Assembly (NCBI GenBank): GCA_026770705.1
Contig: JANJGN010000038.1
Location: 2,852,001-2,916,000, forward strand
DNA: 64,000 nucleotides
Reading direction: 5' to 3'
Origin: Isurus oxyrinchus
Taxonomy: Eukaryota
Of the stretch, positions 1 to 13,451 are shown piece after piece; the first letter of the stretch is position 1; the number at the start of each line of letters is the position of its first letter. Position numbers and translations under genes: made by a program. Under the pieces are notes generated by a model that ran no database searches, had not been told where the DNA came from, and saw only the letters and a program-made list of their open reading frames with translations.

Positions 1-369
1 TGCATGCACTTGGATAAAAGGAAAAGGATCTGTACTAGTTCAACTGTGCATGCAGAGGGCCTGTGTGGGCAAGAGAGGCCGAATGACCCATTTTTGTGCA
101 GTAACCATTCTGTGATATCATGAATTTATTTAACATCTTTATTCATTTCGCTTATGTTATGTGTGTGTCATTGGAAGTTGTGAACTGTGATATCGGTGCA
201 GCAATAGTTTGGTGTGACATCCTTTAAATGCTGTTCCAATAGAGACAGAACCTGTTTACATGAAACGGCTTAAGATTTGAAATCAGAGAACAAAGGAGCC
301 TCACACAAAAGGGCTAAATCGTTACAATAGATTATCACAAACAGTAGCTTCAAATCTTTAGTTCTGCGT

Positions 370-1734
370 ACGACAGCGATGGGAGATGGGGTAGACCATA
401 CCTCCCGTCGACCCTGCTTCGCAATTCAGTAAGACCATGAGTAATACTTGGATTCAACTCCTCTTTCATGCCTAGTGTCTAGATCCCTCGATCTCCAGAG
501 AGACCAATAATTTGCATATATTAGCCATAAATATATGCAACTATGGAGAATTAATGACGCTCTCAAGTGGACATTTCCCAAGAGTTAGAAACATTTGAAT
601 GGAGAAAGTTATCTTCATTTCCATCCAAGACGATCACCCCTTATCCAGTGACTATGCCAACATGATTTAGATTATCCAGTCAGCTGAAACAATCTCTCAA
701 TGTTAAACAACTTTAGTATATCCTATGTTTAAATTAGATCACCCCATGTTCCTCTAAACTCAGAGAATAAAAGATCAATTTACTGAAACGCTTTTCAGAG
801 GACAGCCCTCACATTCCAGGGGCACATTTTAGTGAACATTTGTTGTACTGCCTCCAATGCAGGGATATCCTTCCTTAATATGGAGACGAAAAATGCACAC
901 AATATTCCTGGTATGGTGTCAAGAACACCCGGTACAATTGCAGCAAGACTTCTTTTTTCCTGTACCCAAATCCGCTTGCAATCAATATAAACGTGCCATT
1001 TGTCTTCCTAATTGCTTGATTCAGCTATATTCTAACTTCCTGTGTTCCTTGTTGGAGCACATCCAAATAGTTCTGCACATCAAAATGTACAGTGTTTACT
1101 CCGTTTTAAAAAAATCTGCTTTAATATCTTATGACCATCGCATTCACCACGGTATTCTCCATCTGCTATCTTGTGCACTCACTTACCCTGTTTAAATCTC
1201 TTTACAGTCTCCCTGTGACCTCCTCGTAGCTTACATTTTCACCTAGCTTTGTATGGTAAGCAAACGTAGATGTATTATTCACTGTCTCTTCGCCCGCATT
1301 ATTAAAATAGATTGTAAAAAGCTGGGGCATCAGCGATGATCTTTGCAGCAACCCACTGGCACAACCTGCCAAATTGTAATTGCCCCTATTATACAGACTG
1401 ACTGCTTACTCGCCATTAACAAATCTTCTATCCATTGTGAACTATTACAGCAAACTCCAAGTGTGCTTATTGTGCATATTATTCTTTGGTGCGGCACGTT
1501 ATATAAGTTCTTTTGAAATTCCTGGTGTGTTACGCTTATTGGCTCTCATTTATTTATATTTCCTTATTACTAGATTTCAGCACTTCCCCGGTGCAATATT
1601 ACCTTATGCTAATTTGCCTGTCGTCCCCTGTTTTCTCACTCCGTCATTTTTTGAAAACCACTGTTGCATTTGCTACCTTCCAATATGTTGAAACCGTTCC
1701 TGGATCTCTGGAGGTATGTAAACTCATAGGTCAA
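370..1734 (-). mobile_element. Old decayed CR1 LINE, 3' part
   Basis: Antisense CR1 ORF2-like sequence that resumes at ~16750 (gccagggcatccact...ggccctgggaacttgtc). Confidence 0.65.
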
Positions 1735-2772
1735 GGGGAGGCGATGGCGTAGTAATATAGCCACTACACCATTAATTCCAAGATAGCATAATGTGCTGGG
1801 GAGCCGAGTTCGAATCCTGCCACGGGAGAGGGTAGGAATTGAATTCAAGGCAAAATCTAGATTTAAAAGTCTAATGAAACCTTAATGAACCCGATTGTTG
1901 CAAAAACCCATCTGGTTTATTAATGTCCGCAAGAGAAAAACGTGTGCTGTCTGACAGGTGACTCCAGATCTACAGCAATATGATTCATTTTTAACTGCCC
2001 ACTGAAAGAGCAGGCCACGCAGTTGTATCAAACTGCTGCAAAGCCTCCAAACAGAAATGAAACCGAACGGACCACAAGGCATCGACCTTGACTCGGCATC
2101 GGAAACAGCACTGGCAAATTCAGCCGTGTCGAGCCTGCAAAGTCCTCCTTACTAATATCTTGGAGCTTGTGCCAAATTTGGGAGAGCTGGCTCAGAGGCT
2201 AGTCAAGCAGCAGCCTGACATAATCAATCTCACAGAATCATATCTCGCAGATAATGTCCTAGTTATCACCATCACCATCCCTGGATATGTTCTGTCCCAC
2301 CGCAGGACTGGCCCAGCAGAATTGGTGGCTCAGTGGTATGCAGTCAGGAGGGAGCTGCCTGGGAGTACTCAATATCGACTCCAGACCCTATGAGATCTCA
2401 CGGCATCAGGTCAAGGGCAGGGAAATGTCCTGCAGATGAATCAGTGCTTTCCTCCATGTTGAGGACAACTTGGAGGAAGAACTGAGGGTCGCAAGGACGC
2501 AGAATGTAGTCTGGAGTTGGGCTTCAATGTCCATGGCCAAAGGTATGGCGGTAGTACCAGTATTCACCAAGCTGGCCGTGTCTTAAACTACATAGCTGCT
2601 GTACTGGGAGTGCGGCAGGTGGTGAGGGAACCTACAAGAGGGAAAAATATACTTGACCTCATGCTCACCAACCTGCCTGCCGCAGATGCATCTGTCCATG
2701 ACAGTGTTGGTAGACGTGACCACCACAATCGTTCAGGAGATGAAGCCCCTCTTTCACATTGAGGATACCCCC
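1735..2772 (+). mobile_element. 5' part of an APE/RT LINE with tRNA-like head (interrupted by the provirus)
   Basis: Box A-like tggcgtagtaat (~1745) and box B agttcgaatcc (1807-1817). Then the APE N-terminus VLLTNILELVPNLGEL...QPDIINLTESYL and GFNVH...EPTRGKNILDL. Confidence 0.75.
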
Positions 2773-3341
2773 TGTTCTGATCACTTTGACAAAGGGACCA
2801 CAGCAGTCTCAGGTACAGTTCACGATCGTTTATTCGAGTAATGCAGCTTGAGATAGAATTCTGCTAAACTACAGGTTTTCACCATATTTATACACAACTG
2901 ATCACGTATAAGAACAGCTTCCAGATTCTGATCTCGTCAACATAGAGGTTTACACTAAACATACATCTCCCTAGTAACAAAAGCACCAAAGTAAAGGCAT
3001 CATCTGTCCCTGCTTTCACCCCAAGAGGAGACCTTCCCTCCCATCTCTACTAGGACCATCTGCTCTTTCCCTATCTGCTATAAACAGACCCAATCTTGTT
3101 TGTTTTTCAAACTAAGGCTCCGGGCTCACTCCTAAGACACCCAGTCTATCATGTTTGCATTCCTCACTGTTCGGCCTGGCCTTGCTGATGGTCACAGGCT
3201 CTGAGAGTGTGCAAGGTTCAGATTCCTCCCTGTCCAGCCTGGCCTTTAACTATACTTGAAGGCAGTGGCTGCTTGGATATTTTAAGTAGTCCATTTCCTT
3301 TCAATTAGTTCTTAATGTATCCCCTATAATACCCCCTTACA
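2773..3341 (-). repeat. 3' LTR (569 bp)
   Basis: Plus strand tgtt...ttaca. Direct repeat of 13841-14429. Minus-strand AATAAA at 2829-2834. Confidence 0.9.
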
Positions 3342-3353
3342 GTCCCTCCTTTT
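3342..3353 (-). promoter_or_regulatory. Polypurine tract of the LTR element
   Basis: AAAAGGAGGGAC abuts the TG of the 3' LTR. Confidence 0.8.
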
Positions 3354-3535
3354 GGCTCTTGGCCGAGCCCAAGGTAGCCAATTACAGTGGTGCTGTCCAC
3401 CCTCTTTACGAACCGCCACCCATTGAAACAGGCCAGGTATCTAGCTTTGGTGCGTAAAAAGTACTGGTCAGACCATCTGTATCATACTTTAAACCTTTGA
3501 CTTTCCAAATTCCTTCTCTACCTGTTAAAACTCCT

Positions 3536-5331
3536 TCAGCGCCGCATTTTCTGTGACTTCTGGGTGCAAAGAATCAAGTGTGTTAGATACATAAATAATA
3601 TCAGTTGAAGTATAACGAAGGCATGGGAGATAATCCGAATCCAGGGGCGTATCTGTACGTTTGCGCCCCAGTTCCACCACCACCATGTGGAGAAACCTAT
3701 TTGCTCGATATCCTCCTTTAAGGTTCTAACCTGCTGCTGCAGTGTATGGGAAGTTCTGTATATCTGCTGAGCCTGTCCACGAATTGTGGCTGGCTGCTGG
3801 GGTAATAAGGGAATTTCAAAGGAGAAATGTTTCAAATGCTGTCAGGTAGTTTTAAGGCTTTCCTTGACCTGAATAGTAGTCGTTCCTCTCTTGTATATTT
3901 CGACCAGTTCCACCTTCCCTACCCTTGCTTTCGCCTGTCGGTGTAGGCACACTGAATGATTATGGATGGCGCATATCTGGTTGTTCTTGTATTGGATCTT
4001 CTGCTGCCACGTGGTTATAGAATATCTCCCAATCCCCGTGTATGCAACATGGGTCGGTTCTTTTGCAGCCCATATATTTTCCATTATACACTTTGCTGCT
4101 GCTTTAAATCCACTTAGCTTTACCTGTCTCATATATTGGGTGTGCATACCACTGCGGTGGCCTCTTTCCTACACTTTGCTGATGTGGTGCTAACTATATA
4201 CCCTTCTATGTCTAATGCATATGGTAGAATGTCATGATACCTAGTATAATAATCCTCCCGTATAACCCCAATATGTTCTACTTTATATAATGTCCTGCCG
4301 GGTGTTGACATAGGAATGACAGGTATTACTAATAAAATGCCTATTAGCTTATTACTATTCACTATACATTCAACTTTCATTCTAGGGTCAAGTCATGATC
4401 CTTTTGTCGTGAAAGATTACATAAATGTTCATTAGTTACCCATAAAGGAGCTACTCTTTCATTAATCTGTCTTAAATTCTCTCGGGCTTGTTCCAGTGCC
4501 CAAGATCCATAGGTGCTACAGACATCCTTTCTGCTCACTTCGTCTGAAGTATGTTTCCCTATTTCAATCAGTTTGCTGATTGTCCCCACATTACTTTTGA
4601 GCACGGCAGCCAGACTGTGGATTAATCCTGTTATGTCCTGGTCTGCGTTTAATTGGATGTTAGGAATTCCCTGTCCCCACTCTAGAACCTCCTTCAGCTT
4701 AAATCTCAGGGTCTGGAGCTTCTGGTCAACAGTTGCTAGATTCTGATTCAACCACTGATGTCCCTATATTGAATATCATAGAGGCATAATTTATCATGCT
4801 ACGCTTAACGCAGTTCTCTCGCAAGCCTGATCGCATCTCGCCATTGAGCTGAGATGCTTCAGTCAGCAGCTGGCCCACTAGAGCCGTAAATAGTGCTCGA
4901 ATATGTGTTGAGCACCACGGGGGCGGGGGAATCCAGGATATGTTCAATACTACGGGTCGTGGTGTACATTATCATACAAAACTTGTGATTAACCAATACC
5001 AAAGCATTCGTCTGTCGTGGATGCATAGTCGGGCAAGCTGGGTCAGTCGGTGTAATTTGAGAGGTTTCAATTATCTCTACTCAGACTGTGGAAGTAGATG
5101 TGGGAGGTGACTGGCTAGTGGTATTAATCTCCACATTTGGGAGGACCTCCCGCGCCCGATCGGAAGCAAACCCTGACTATCATTTAAAAGCACTTGTTCT
5201 CCTACTGTAACATTTATCATTCCCTGTTGCATGTCACATTCGGCACTGTCCGTGCTGTACCTAAGTTCCTCCTGTGGTGCGGGATGAGCAGGGATGAACC
5301 CCGACCTTTTTGTCAGTACTGATACGCCCAT
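3536..5331 (-). pseudogene. Fragmented env-like fusion glycoprotein gene
   Basis: Consecutive minus-strand ORF fragments between integrase and PPT: CVKR|SMINYASMIFNIGTSV (cleavage site and fusion peptide; TGC may be CpG-decayed CGC, giving RVKR), heptad NQNLATVDQKLQTLRFKL, IGILLVIPVI...LYKVEHIGV, Trp-rich WWWWNW, and TM helix IISHAFVILQLILFMYL. Confidence 0.7.
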
Positions 5332-5699
5332 GACCAGGATCGTGGGCCTGTGGAGACATTAACATCTGCTCCCATTCTCCATGTAACCGCCTGGTTAATT
5401 GTCATCTATCTTTAACTGTGTGTAATGCCTCCATTTATGTCTCATTCTCATTTCTACAAGTGTGCATGTATCACCTGCCTTAATTACCTCGTATGGTCCA
5501 TGCCTGTGCGCTCCAAGCTCACCTTGACAATCACCTTATTCCCCACTTGGTCCACTTTTGCTCATCGTATTGGCCTGTTTCCATGTCCTTAATCACCTGT
5601 TGGTCTCTGACTTCTTCCTCAACTCATCCAATTGCTTATTTATTTCCCTCAAATAGTCTTGCAGCTTTCCTTTTGTGGTCCTACATCTCCCACTACTAC

Positions 5700-6010
5700 T
5701 ATGATTCCCTAGGGTAACTGCATTGCTCTCATTGTCATTATTTCAAATGGGACGAACCCGGCTGTCCTACTTGTAGTAGCCCTAAGGCGCATTAGAACAT
5801 TACGCTGTTCCCTGTCTCTTGAATTGCTTTTGTGAATGATGTTTTCTTTAAAGTTCAGTTTACCATTTCCACCATCCCCGAGTTCTGTGGCTGGTAAGGA
5901 ATGTAGAATTTCTGTTTATATTAACCTTTATGCATTTCTTTAATAACTCTTCCTGTGAAATGAGTTCCCTGATCTGAATTTATCTGGACAGGCACACTCC
6001 ACTCCTTCCA
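5700..6010 (-). pseudogene. Retroviral-type integrase core remnant
   Basis: WSVPVQINSDQGTHFTG followed (other frame) by KQKFYIPYQPQNSGMVEMVN*TLK, i.e. the second Asp and the Glu of the D,D35E motif. Confidence 0.85.
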
Positions 6011-7667
6011 ATCTACTGTCTCCTGCTGCTGTCCCACATCGGACCTTAATTTCTTAAACTGCCTACACAATTCTACAATGCACCTTCTTATCCTATCTTT
6101 CAATGGCTCAGTGTCTTCACTTCCAGTGACAGTTCTCTCTGGGAGCCGCTTAACTTCCTGTCATCATATTGTTAATTCCATGGTCTTACTTCTTGTTTTT
6201 CACGGTCACATTAATACAATCAGTAATACATCTATTTCGCCTTTTACCAGCTTTCCCTTTACTTGTATCCTTGTGGTATAGTGTTGTTGAGTATTATTTC
6301 TCCTTACATCTCAATTCCTGAAATACAGATTCCACATAGTTCTACCTCTAAGTATTTTTCCCCTGACCATGATCATCCTAAGGTTCTCTTGATGCCAGTT
6401 TCTCTATTGTTTTTATCGTTTATAATGTCTCCTTGCTTTTTAGGCCGTATTAACTATTCCATATCACCGAGGATATCTGTCTCTAGATCTTTGCTTATTT
6501 CTTCCTGTGCGTTTCGAATGTCTCAGCTGATGGCCAGATTATCAATTTCAGTTCCCTTAAAACAGTTTGTATATAGTGTTCTCTTTCCATAACCATGTCT
6601 CCTACTTGCCTCATGCCATTTTACACATGTAACAGCTACATTATTCTCTTGTTCATGTTGCCTGGATAGACTTTAAAATAAATAATATATAACAGTTTTA
6701 ATAACAGAAATTAGGCATTGATATGTTCCTTATCTTCATCTCAAACAGCATTTTATTGTCTCAAAAGTATCCCACTAAATTGTGTCTGACCCGTTTCTTA
6801 GAATTATCCCAGATTCATTAACTCGGCCAAAATTGGATTTCTGCCAAACTTTGTCAAGGTCTTGAACTTAGCTTCATATTTCGGGAACAGACTTACAAAT
6901 ACAAAAGCTTGCAGCATGTGAATTATATCCAATTGTAGTCAAACTTTTAAAAATTAAAATTCCCTTTGAGAAATTATCAGGAACCAAATCTCAAAATTTT
7001 AAACTTTGTAAGAAATGTAATTTACTTTATCAAAATTAAAACTACCTTTTTCTATGTGTATTGATTTGTATCCAAGTTACACTTCCCATATGTTTATCGA
7101 CACATTCTTTACCTTTGGATAGCATCCTCTTTATTCAAAGTAACCTGTTAAATTACACTGCACTTTACAAGTCAAGCCTTGTCCCAGCTTTAAATAACAA
7201 TGCTATTGGCATGCAGATTTCCTTTCATATTTAATTAATCTCTTGAAGAGAAACCCCCTTTTATCCATTGGAATCACATAGACTGTGTGTTTATGCCTCT
7301 TGGTTTGCCTAGAATTCCTTGAAATTCAGGTAACCTTTTTTTACTGCAGAATATTATAACACAAAGTTGTATGAGTTAATACAACTCGTCTGTATCAATC
7401 CCAATCATCTTGGAAGCTGGCGATGCTAGTCTGCAAAGGGGTGGTAGGTACAAAGATTGGTTCATCTAACCCTGCCTAGCTTCATGATACCTTCAAATTG
7501 CGACCCCTTTTGCCAGAAATCTCATCTCAAACCTTATACTCAAAACTTTGGAATGTTTGAGTGTACTTTTCCTTTAATGTAACCTGGGGCTTTCAACCCT
7601 AACGTGCTAAATTGCACATACACATGACAATTTACAGAAGAAAACACATTAAAGCTCACGTATGTGA

Positions 7668-10147
7668 GTAGAACAAATATGTAGGCAAATTTCTGTTTGT
7701 AAGAACAAGAGGGCAATAGTAGTAGGAGACTTCAACTATCCTAATAACAACCGGAATTCAAACAATACAAGGGGCACTGAGGATGAAATATTCAGGCAGT
7801 GTGTCCAGGAAAGTTATTTCAACCAATTAGTGACAAACCCAACGAGAGGAGATGCAATTCTAGACCTTGTCTTGGGGAACGAAGAAGCGCAAGTGATCTG
7901 ACAGTTGGCCACCATATTGGGGACAGTGATCACAATTCAGTTAGATTTAGCATTACTATGGAAAAGGACAGAGATAAGGCAGGAGTATGGGGGAATTCAA
8001 ATATATCTGAAATAAGAAGGGACTTGGCTGAGGTTGCCTGGACAGCAGTGCTGGAGGGTAAAACAATGGAAAACAAGTGAGAAGCACTAAAAAGCGAGAT
8101 CCTAATTGTACAAAGTAGACATGTCTTTGACAAAAATAAGAGCGGTACTACTAAATCCTGGTTGTCTGGAGGAATACAGGGGAAGATCAAACAGAAAAAG
8201 GAATTGTACGATAGGCACAAAGAACTAAGCATTGCAGATAGCATACACAAACAAAGGAAGTGCAGGGACGAAGTAAAAAAGGAAATAAGGAAATCAAAGA
8301 GAGGGCATGAAAAAAGATTAGCAAGTAAAGTTAATGATAACCCACAGATGTTTTACCAATACATTATTAGTTAAGAAAAAAGTGGGACCTATCAGAGATG
8401 AAGATGGAAATTTCTTTGCAGATGCAGAGGCTGTGGGAAGGGTTTTGAATGAATATTTCGTGTCTGTGTTTACAAAGGAAAGGGAGGACGTAGATATAGT
8501 AGTCCAGGAGGAACACTGTGAGATATTGGACGGGATAGTCACAAAGAGGGAGGAAGTACTCGAACGATTGATATCCTTGAAAGTTTATAAGTCGCCAGGG
8601 CCAGTTTCCGAGGCTGCTGAAGGAAGTCAGTGAGAAGATAACAGATGCTCTGAGGATGATTTTCCAATCTTCACTAGATACAGGGGAGGTGCCGGAGGAC
8701 TGGAGAAATGCAGTAGGTCCATTGCATGAAAAGGGATAAAACGAAATACCAAACAATCATTGGCCATTTAGTCTTACATCGGTGGTGAGCAAATTAGTAG
8801 AATCGATCCTGAGAGATAGGATTAACTGTCATGTGGAAAAGCATGGGCAAGACAGGGATGGTCAGCATGGATTTGTCAAAGGAAGGTCTTGCATCACAAA
8901 TTTGACTGAATTCTTTGAGGAAGTGACAAGATGGGTTGATGAGGGTCGTGCAGAAGACGTTGTGCACATGGATTTTAGAAAGGCATTTGACGAGGTCCCA
9001 CATGGCAGATTGGTCAGGAAGGTAAAAGCCCATGGGATTCAGGGTAATGTGGAAAACTGGATAAAAGGTTGGCTTTGTAACAGGAAACAAAGGGTAATGG
9101 TTGATGGATGCCCTTGCAAATGGTAAGTGGTCTCAAGTGGTGTTTCACATGGGTCGGTGTTGGGACCCTTGCTGTTTATGTTGCAAAGTAACGATTTGGA
9201 CGTGACCCTGGAGGGTACGATTGGGAAATTTGCAGATGATAAAAACATTGGCCGAGTAGTGGATAGTGCAGAAGATAGCCATAATCTCCAAAATGATATA
9301 GATGGGTTGGTGGAGTGGGTGGTAAAGTGGCAGATGGATTTTTACATAGAGAAGTGTGAGGTCATACATTTAGGGAGGTCAAACAGGTACAGGGATTTCA
9401 AAATAAGTGGCAATATACTAAGAGGGGTAGACGAAGTTAGAGATCTTGGCGTTCAAGTACACAGGTCCCTGAGGGCAGCAGTTCAAGTAGACAAGGTTGT
9501 AAAGAAAGCATATGGAATGATCTCCATCATTAGCAGAGGTATGGACTTAAAAGTAAGGATTTAATGTTGGAATTGCATAAAACACTGGTGAGGCCACAAC
9601 TGGAGTATTGTGTGCAGTTCTGGTCACCACATTACTGGAAGGACGTAATAGCTCTGGACAGAGTGCAGAGGAAGTTTACACAAATGTTGCCTGGGTTAGA
9701 AAAGTGTTGCTACGAGAAGAGATTGGATAGGTTGTGGCTATTTTCCTTGGAACAAAGAAGGCTGAGAGGTGACTTGCTTGAGGTGTACAAAATAATGAGT
9801 GGAATAGATAGAGTGGACAGGATAGGATTGTTTCCCTTGGTGGAGAATTCTAGGGCACATAGATTCAAGATAAGTGGCAGAAGGTGTAGGAGGGACATGA
9901 GTAAGAACTTTTTTATGCAGAGGGTAGTGGGTGTCTGGAATTCACTGCCCAAGTTGGTGGTAGAGACAGAAACTTTAAACTGTTTAAAAAAGTACCTGGA
10001 TCTGCACCTTAAGTGCTGTAAACTGCAGGGCTATGGGCCGGGTGCAGGAAGGTGGGATTAGAAAGGGCATCTGGGTGTCCTCGGGCTAGCATGGACAAGA
10101 TGAGCTGAATGGCCTCCTTCTGTGCTGTAACTTTTATATGTTTCTAT
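7668..10147 (+). mobile_element. CR1-type LINE, 5'-truncated ORF2 pseudogene, nested in the provirus
   Basis: APE end (VVGDFNYP), RT motifs (QHGFVKGRSCITNL, DFRKAFD, SGVSHGSVLGPLLF, KFADD), C-terminal KTLVRPQLEYCVQFWSP, and a CR1 3' tail ending ttctat. Confidence 0.92.
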
Positions 10148-10549
10148 ACAAATGCTTCATTGCACACAAGCAAACTTACATTTAGAACTATGTATTTATA
10201 TTCCTGTATCCTTAACAACGACTTAAAGCTCTCATATTCTAAATGAAACTTCAAATAGCAATGGAGGAAATAAAGGGATCTTGAAGGCACCACCTTTAAG
10301 GACCATCAAACTGACGAAAGCTCACAGTTCCCCTGCTACTGCCTGTCAGTGCTTATTAATCCTCTAGGGGTAGGCCCCTTTTCTCTCTCTCTCTCTTCAG
10401 CACAAGCAGCTCTTGTAACTTAGATCAATTGAACATTAAGTTACAGAAAATTCAGTGGTGGACCTATTGGGTACCAATCATCCTTCCAGATTTTCATGAA
10501 AATCTGTCATATCGCACCAGACATTATACGCACCCAATTTGTCTCTCCA

Positions 10550-11560
10550 TCCCTCAAGGCTTCCTCAATTGCTTCCTCAAAGTCCCTGTGCTGGGCTGTC
10601 GCCTTCTCCCGATCTGGGATGTGCCCAGGTTTTGCCCAATCTCCGCTTCTAAACTGTATGGCCAATCATCCCCAAATATCCCCTGGCACTTCGCCTTCAC
10701 CAGTATGTGGTTATCAAGGGGGTGCATTGCATGGGAATCTTGCATTTCCCCTAGTTTGGTTCAAAAATCTGGTTTGTTATGCCGAGTTTTAAGTCTCAGC
10801 AGTTCTTTCAGCAAAACCTGCTTCTCCCCCGGGCTTAATGGTACATGCTGAACTTTCTCCTTCACACTCTCCATCTCCTCGTCCTTCCTCCATTCCTCAG
10901 CCTCCTTTCTCCCTTCGGTTTATTATTAGCCTTTCCTGGCTTTACTTTTCCTAACAGTTACTGCCACAGGGGCCATGGGATTCAACGGGCAAAATGGGGT
11001 GGTTGGTTCGTATGAGGTCGGTTTTGTCGCAACTCCATCATTGGTTTCTGCTTTGGAGCTCTCTCCCTTTTGATCAGTGTCACTACAAGCTGTCGCCACT
11101 GCTCTGATCTGTCCTGATTCTGACCCTGTCTCTCTCTGTCTAATCGACTGGAATTTAGGATTAATCTGCCTACACAACTGCAGGGACAAGATAATAATAA
11201 CCATCACCCCTTTCTTTTCCTTATACTTTTTCTGCTCTATACACCACTGTTTTTGTACTTCGGGGGTTCCCTGTGGATTCCACCCCTCCTTCTGCATTTT
11301 TGTGATTAGTTTGGACTGCTGTTCCACTATGAACCTCCTAATGGAACCCACGGTTCCCCAGTTGAGTTCCATAGCACTGTTCTGTTTCCCTGACGGCACA
11401 CTGTTCTTATTCCCATCTATCTCTGCGCGGGACATTTGCACGGCCCTAATAACTTGCTTACTTGTGGTATGTGTGGTTTCATTTATTTCACTTGGGTCTA
11501 TCCTCCCTGCGTGGCTTTGGCTCAGGCTGATTTGAAACCTTAACCCGCCAGCACGGATCT
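10550..11560 (-). pseudogene. Probable gag remnant of the LTR element
   Basis: Long minus-strand ORF pieces (10926-11588, 10554-10745) at the gag position after the PBS/leader. No diagnostic motif recognised. Confidence 0.4.
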
Positions 11561-11686
11561 GCCTCTCTTTAACTGGGATAAAAACCAAAAAAAAAAATGC
11601 GGATCCTGGAAATCCAAAACAGAAACAAAAACAGAATTACCTGGAAAAACTCAGCAGGTCTGGCAGCATCGGCGGAGAAGAAAAGA

Positions 11687-11723
11687 GTTGACGTTTCGAG
11701 TCCTCATGACCCTTCGACAGAAC
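11687..11723 (-). ncRNA. Minimal hammerhead ribozyme-like motif in the Penelope left arm
   Basis: CTGTCGA-A-GGGTC-atgag-GACTC-GAAAC: stem II plus GAAA core. The first core box deviates from CUGANGA. Confidence 0.5.
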
Positions 11724-13414
11724 TTGCGTTCGAGTCCAAGAAAGAGTTGAAATATAAGCTGGTTTAAGGTGTGTGTGTGAGGGGTGGAAAGAGAGAGAGG
11801 TGGAGTGGGGGTGTGGTTGTAGGGACAAACAAGCAGTGATAGAAGCAGATCATCAAAAGATGTCAACAACAATAATACAAAAGAACACATAGGTGTTAAA
11901 GTTAAAGTTGGTGATACTATCTAAACGAATGTGCTAATTAAGAATGGATGGTAGGGCACTCAAGTTATAGCTCTAGTGGGGGCGGGGAGAGCATAAAAGA
12001 TGTAAAAGAAATATAAAATAAATAAATAAATATTTCTTTTTCTTTTTCTCTTTCTATAATGGAAATAGGTGGGAAAAGGAAAATCTACATAATTTATTGG
12101 AAAAAAAAGAAAAGGAAGGGGGAAACAGAAAGGGGTTGGGGATGGGGGAGGGAGCTCACGACCTAAAGTTATTGAATTCAATATTCAGACCGGAAGGCTG
12201 TAAGGTGCCTAGTCGGAAGATGAGGTGTTATTCCTCCAGTTTGCGTTGGGCTTCACTGGAACAATGCAGCAAGCCAAGGACAGACACGTGGGCAAGAGAG
12301 CAGGGTGGAGTGTTAAAATGGCAAGCGACAGGGAGGTTTGGGTCATTCTTGCGGACAGACCGCAGGTGTTCTGCAAAGCAGTCGCCCAGTTTACGTTTGG
12401 TCTCTCCAATGTAGAGGAGACCACATTGGGAGCAACGAATGCAGTAGACTAAGTTGGGGGCAATGCAAGTGAAATGCTGCTTCAGTTGAAAGGAGTGTTT
12501 TGGTCCTTGAACGGTGAGGAGAGAGGAAGTGAAGGGGCAGGTATTGCATCTTTTGCGTGGGCATGGGGTGGTGCCATAGGAGGGGGTTGAGGAGTAGGGG
12601 GTGATGCAGGAGTGGACCAGGGTGTCCCAGAGGGAGCGATCCCTACGGAATGCCGATACGGGGGGGTGGGTGGGGTGAAGGGAAGATGCGTTTGGTGGTG
12701 GCATTATGCTGGAGTTAGCGGAAATGGCGGAGGATGAACGTAAACTGGGCGACCACTTTGCAGAACACCTGCGGTCTGTCCACAAGAATGACCCAAACCT
12801 CCCTGTCGCTTGCCATTTTAACACTCCACCCTGCTCTCTTGCCCACATGTCTGTCCTTGGCTTGCTGCAGTGTTCCAGTGAAGCCCAACGCAAACTCGAG
12901 GAACAACACCTCATCTTCCGACTAGGCACCTTACAGCCATCCGGACTGAATATTCAATTCAACAACTTTAGGTCGTGAGCTCCCTCCCCCATCCCCACCC
13001 CCTTTCTCTTTCCCCCTTCCTTTTCTTTTTTTCCAATAAATTATACAGATTTTCCTTTTCCCACCTATTTCCATTATAAAAAGAGAAAAAGAAAAAAAAT
13101 ATATTTATTTATTTTATATATGTTTTTACATCTTTTATGCTCTCCCCACCCCCACTAGAGCTATACCTTGAGTGCCCTACCATCCATTCTTAATTAGCAC
13201 ATTCGTTTAGATAATATCACCAACTTTAACTTTAACACCTATGTGTTCTTTTGTTTTACTGTCGCTGACATCTTTTGATGATCTGCTTCTATCACTGCTT
13301 GTTTGTCCCTACAACCACACCCCACTCCACCTCTCTCTCTCTCTCTCTCTCCGTCCCCCACACACACACCTTAGACCAGCTTATATTTCAACTCTTTCTT
13401 GGACTCGAACTCAA

Positions 13415-13451
13415 GTTCTGTGGAAGGGTCATGAGGACTCGAAATGTCAAC
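13415..13451 (+). ncRNA. Minimal hammerhead ribozyme-like motif in the Penelope right arm
   Basis: CTGTGGA-A-GGGTC-atgag-GACTC-GAAAT, the mirror copy of 11687-11723. Confidence 0.45.

Noticed and set aside
1735-1830. tRNA gene
   Set aside because: Box A/B-like motifs are present but no convincing cloverleaf. It is the head of a retroelement.
12228-12929. 233-aa ORF containing a GIY-YIG motif, as a standalone gene
   Set aside because: It crosses the inversion junction of the Penelope fragment, and its N-terminal part is antisense element sequence.
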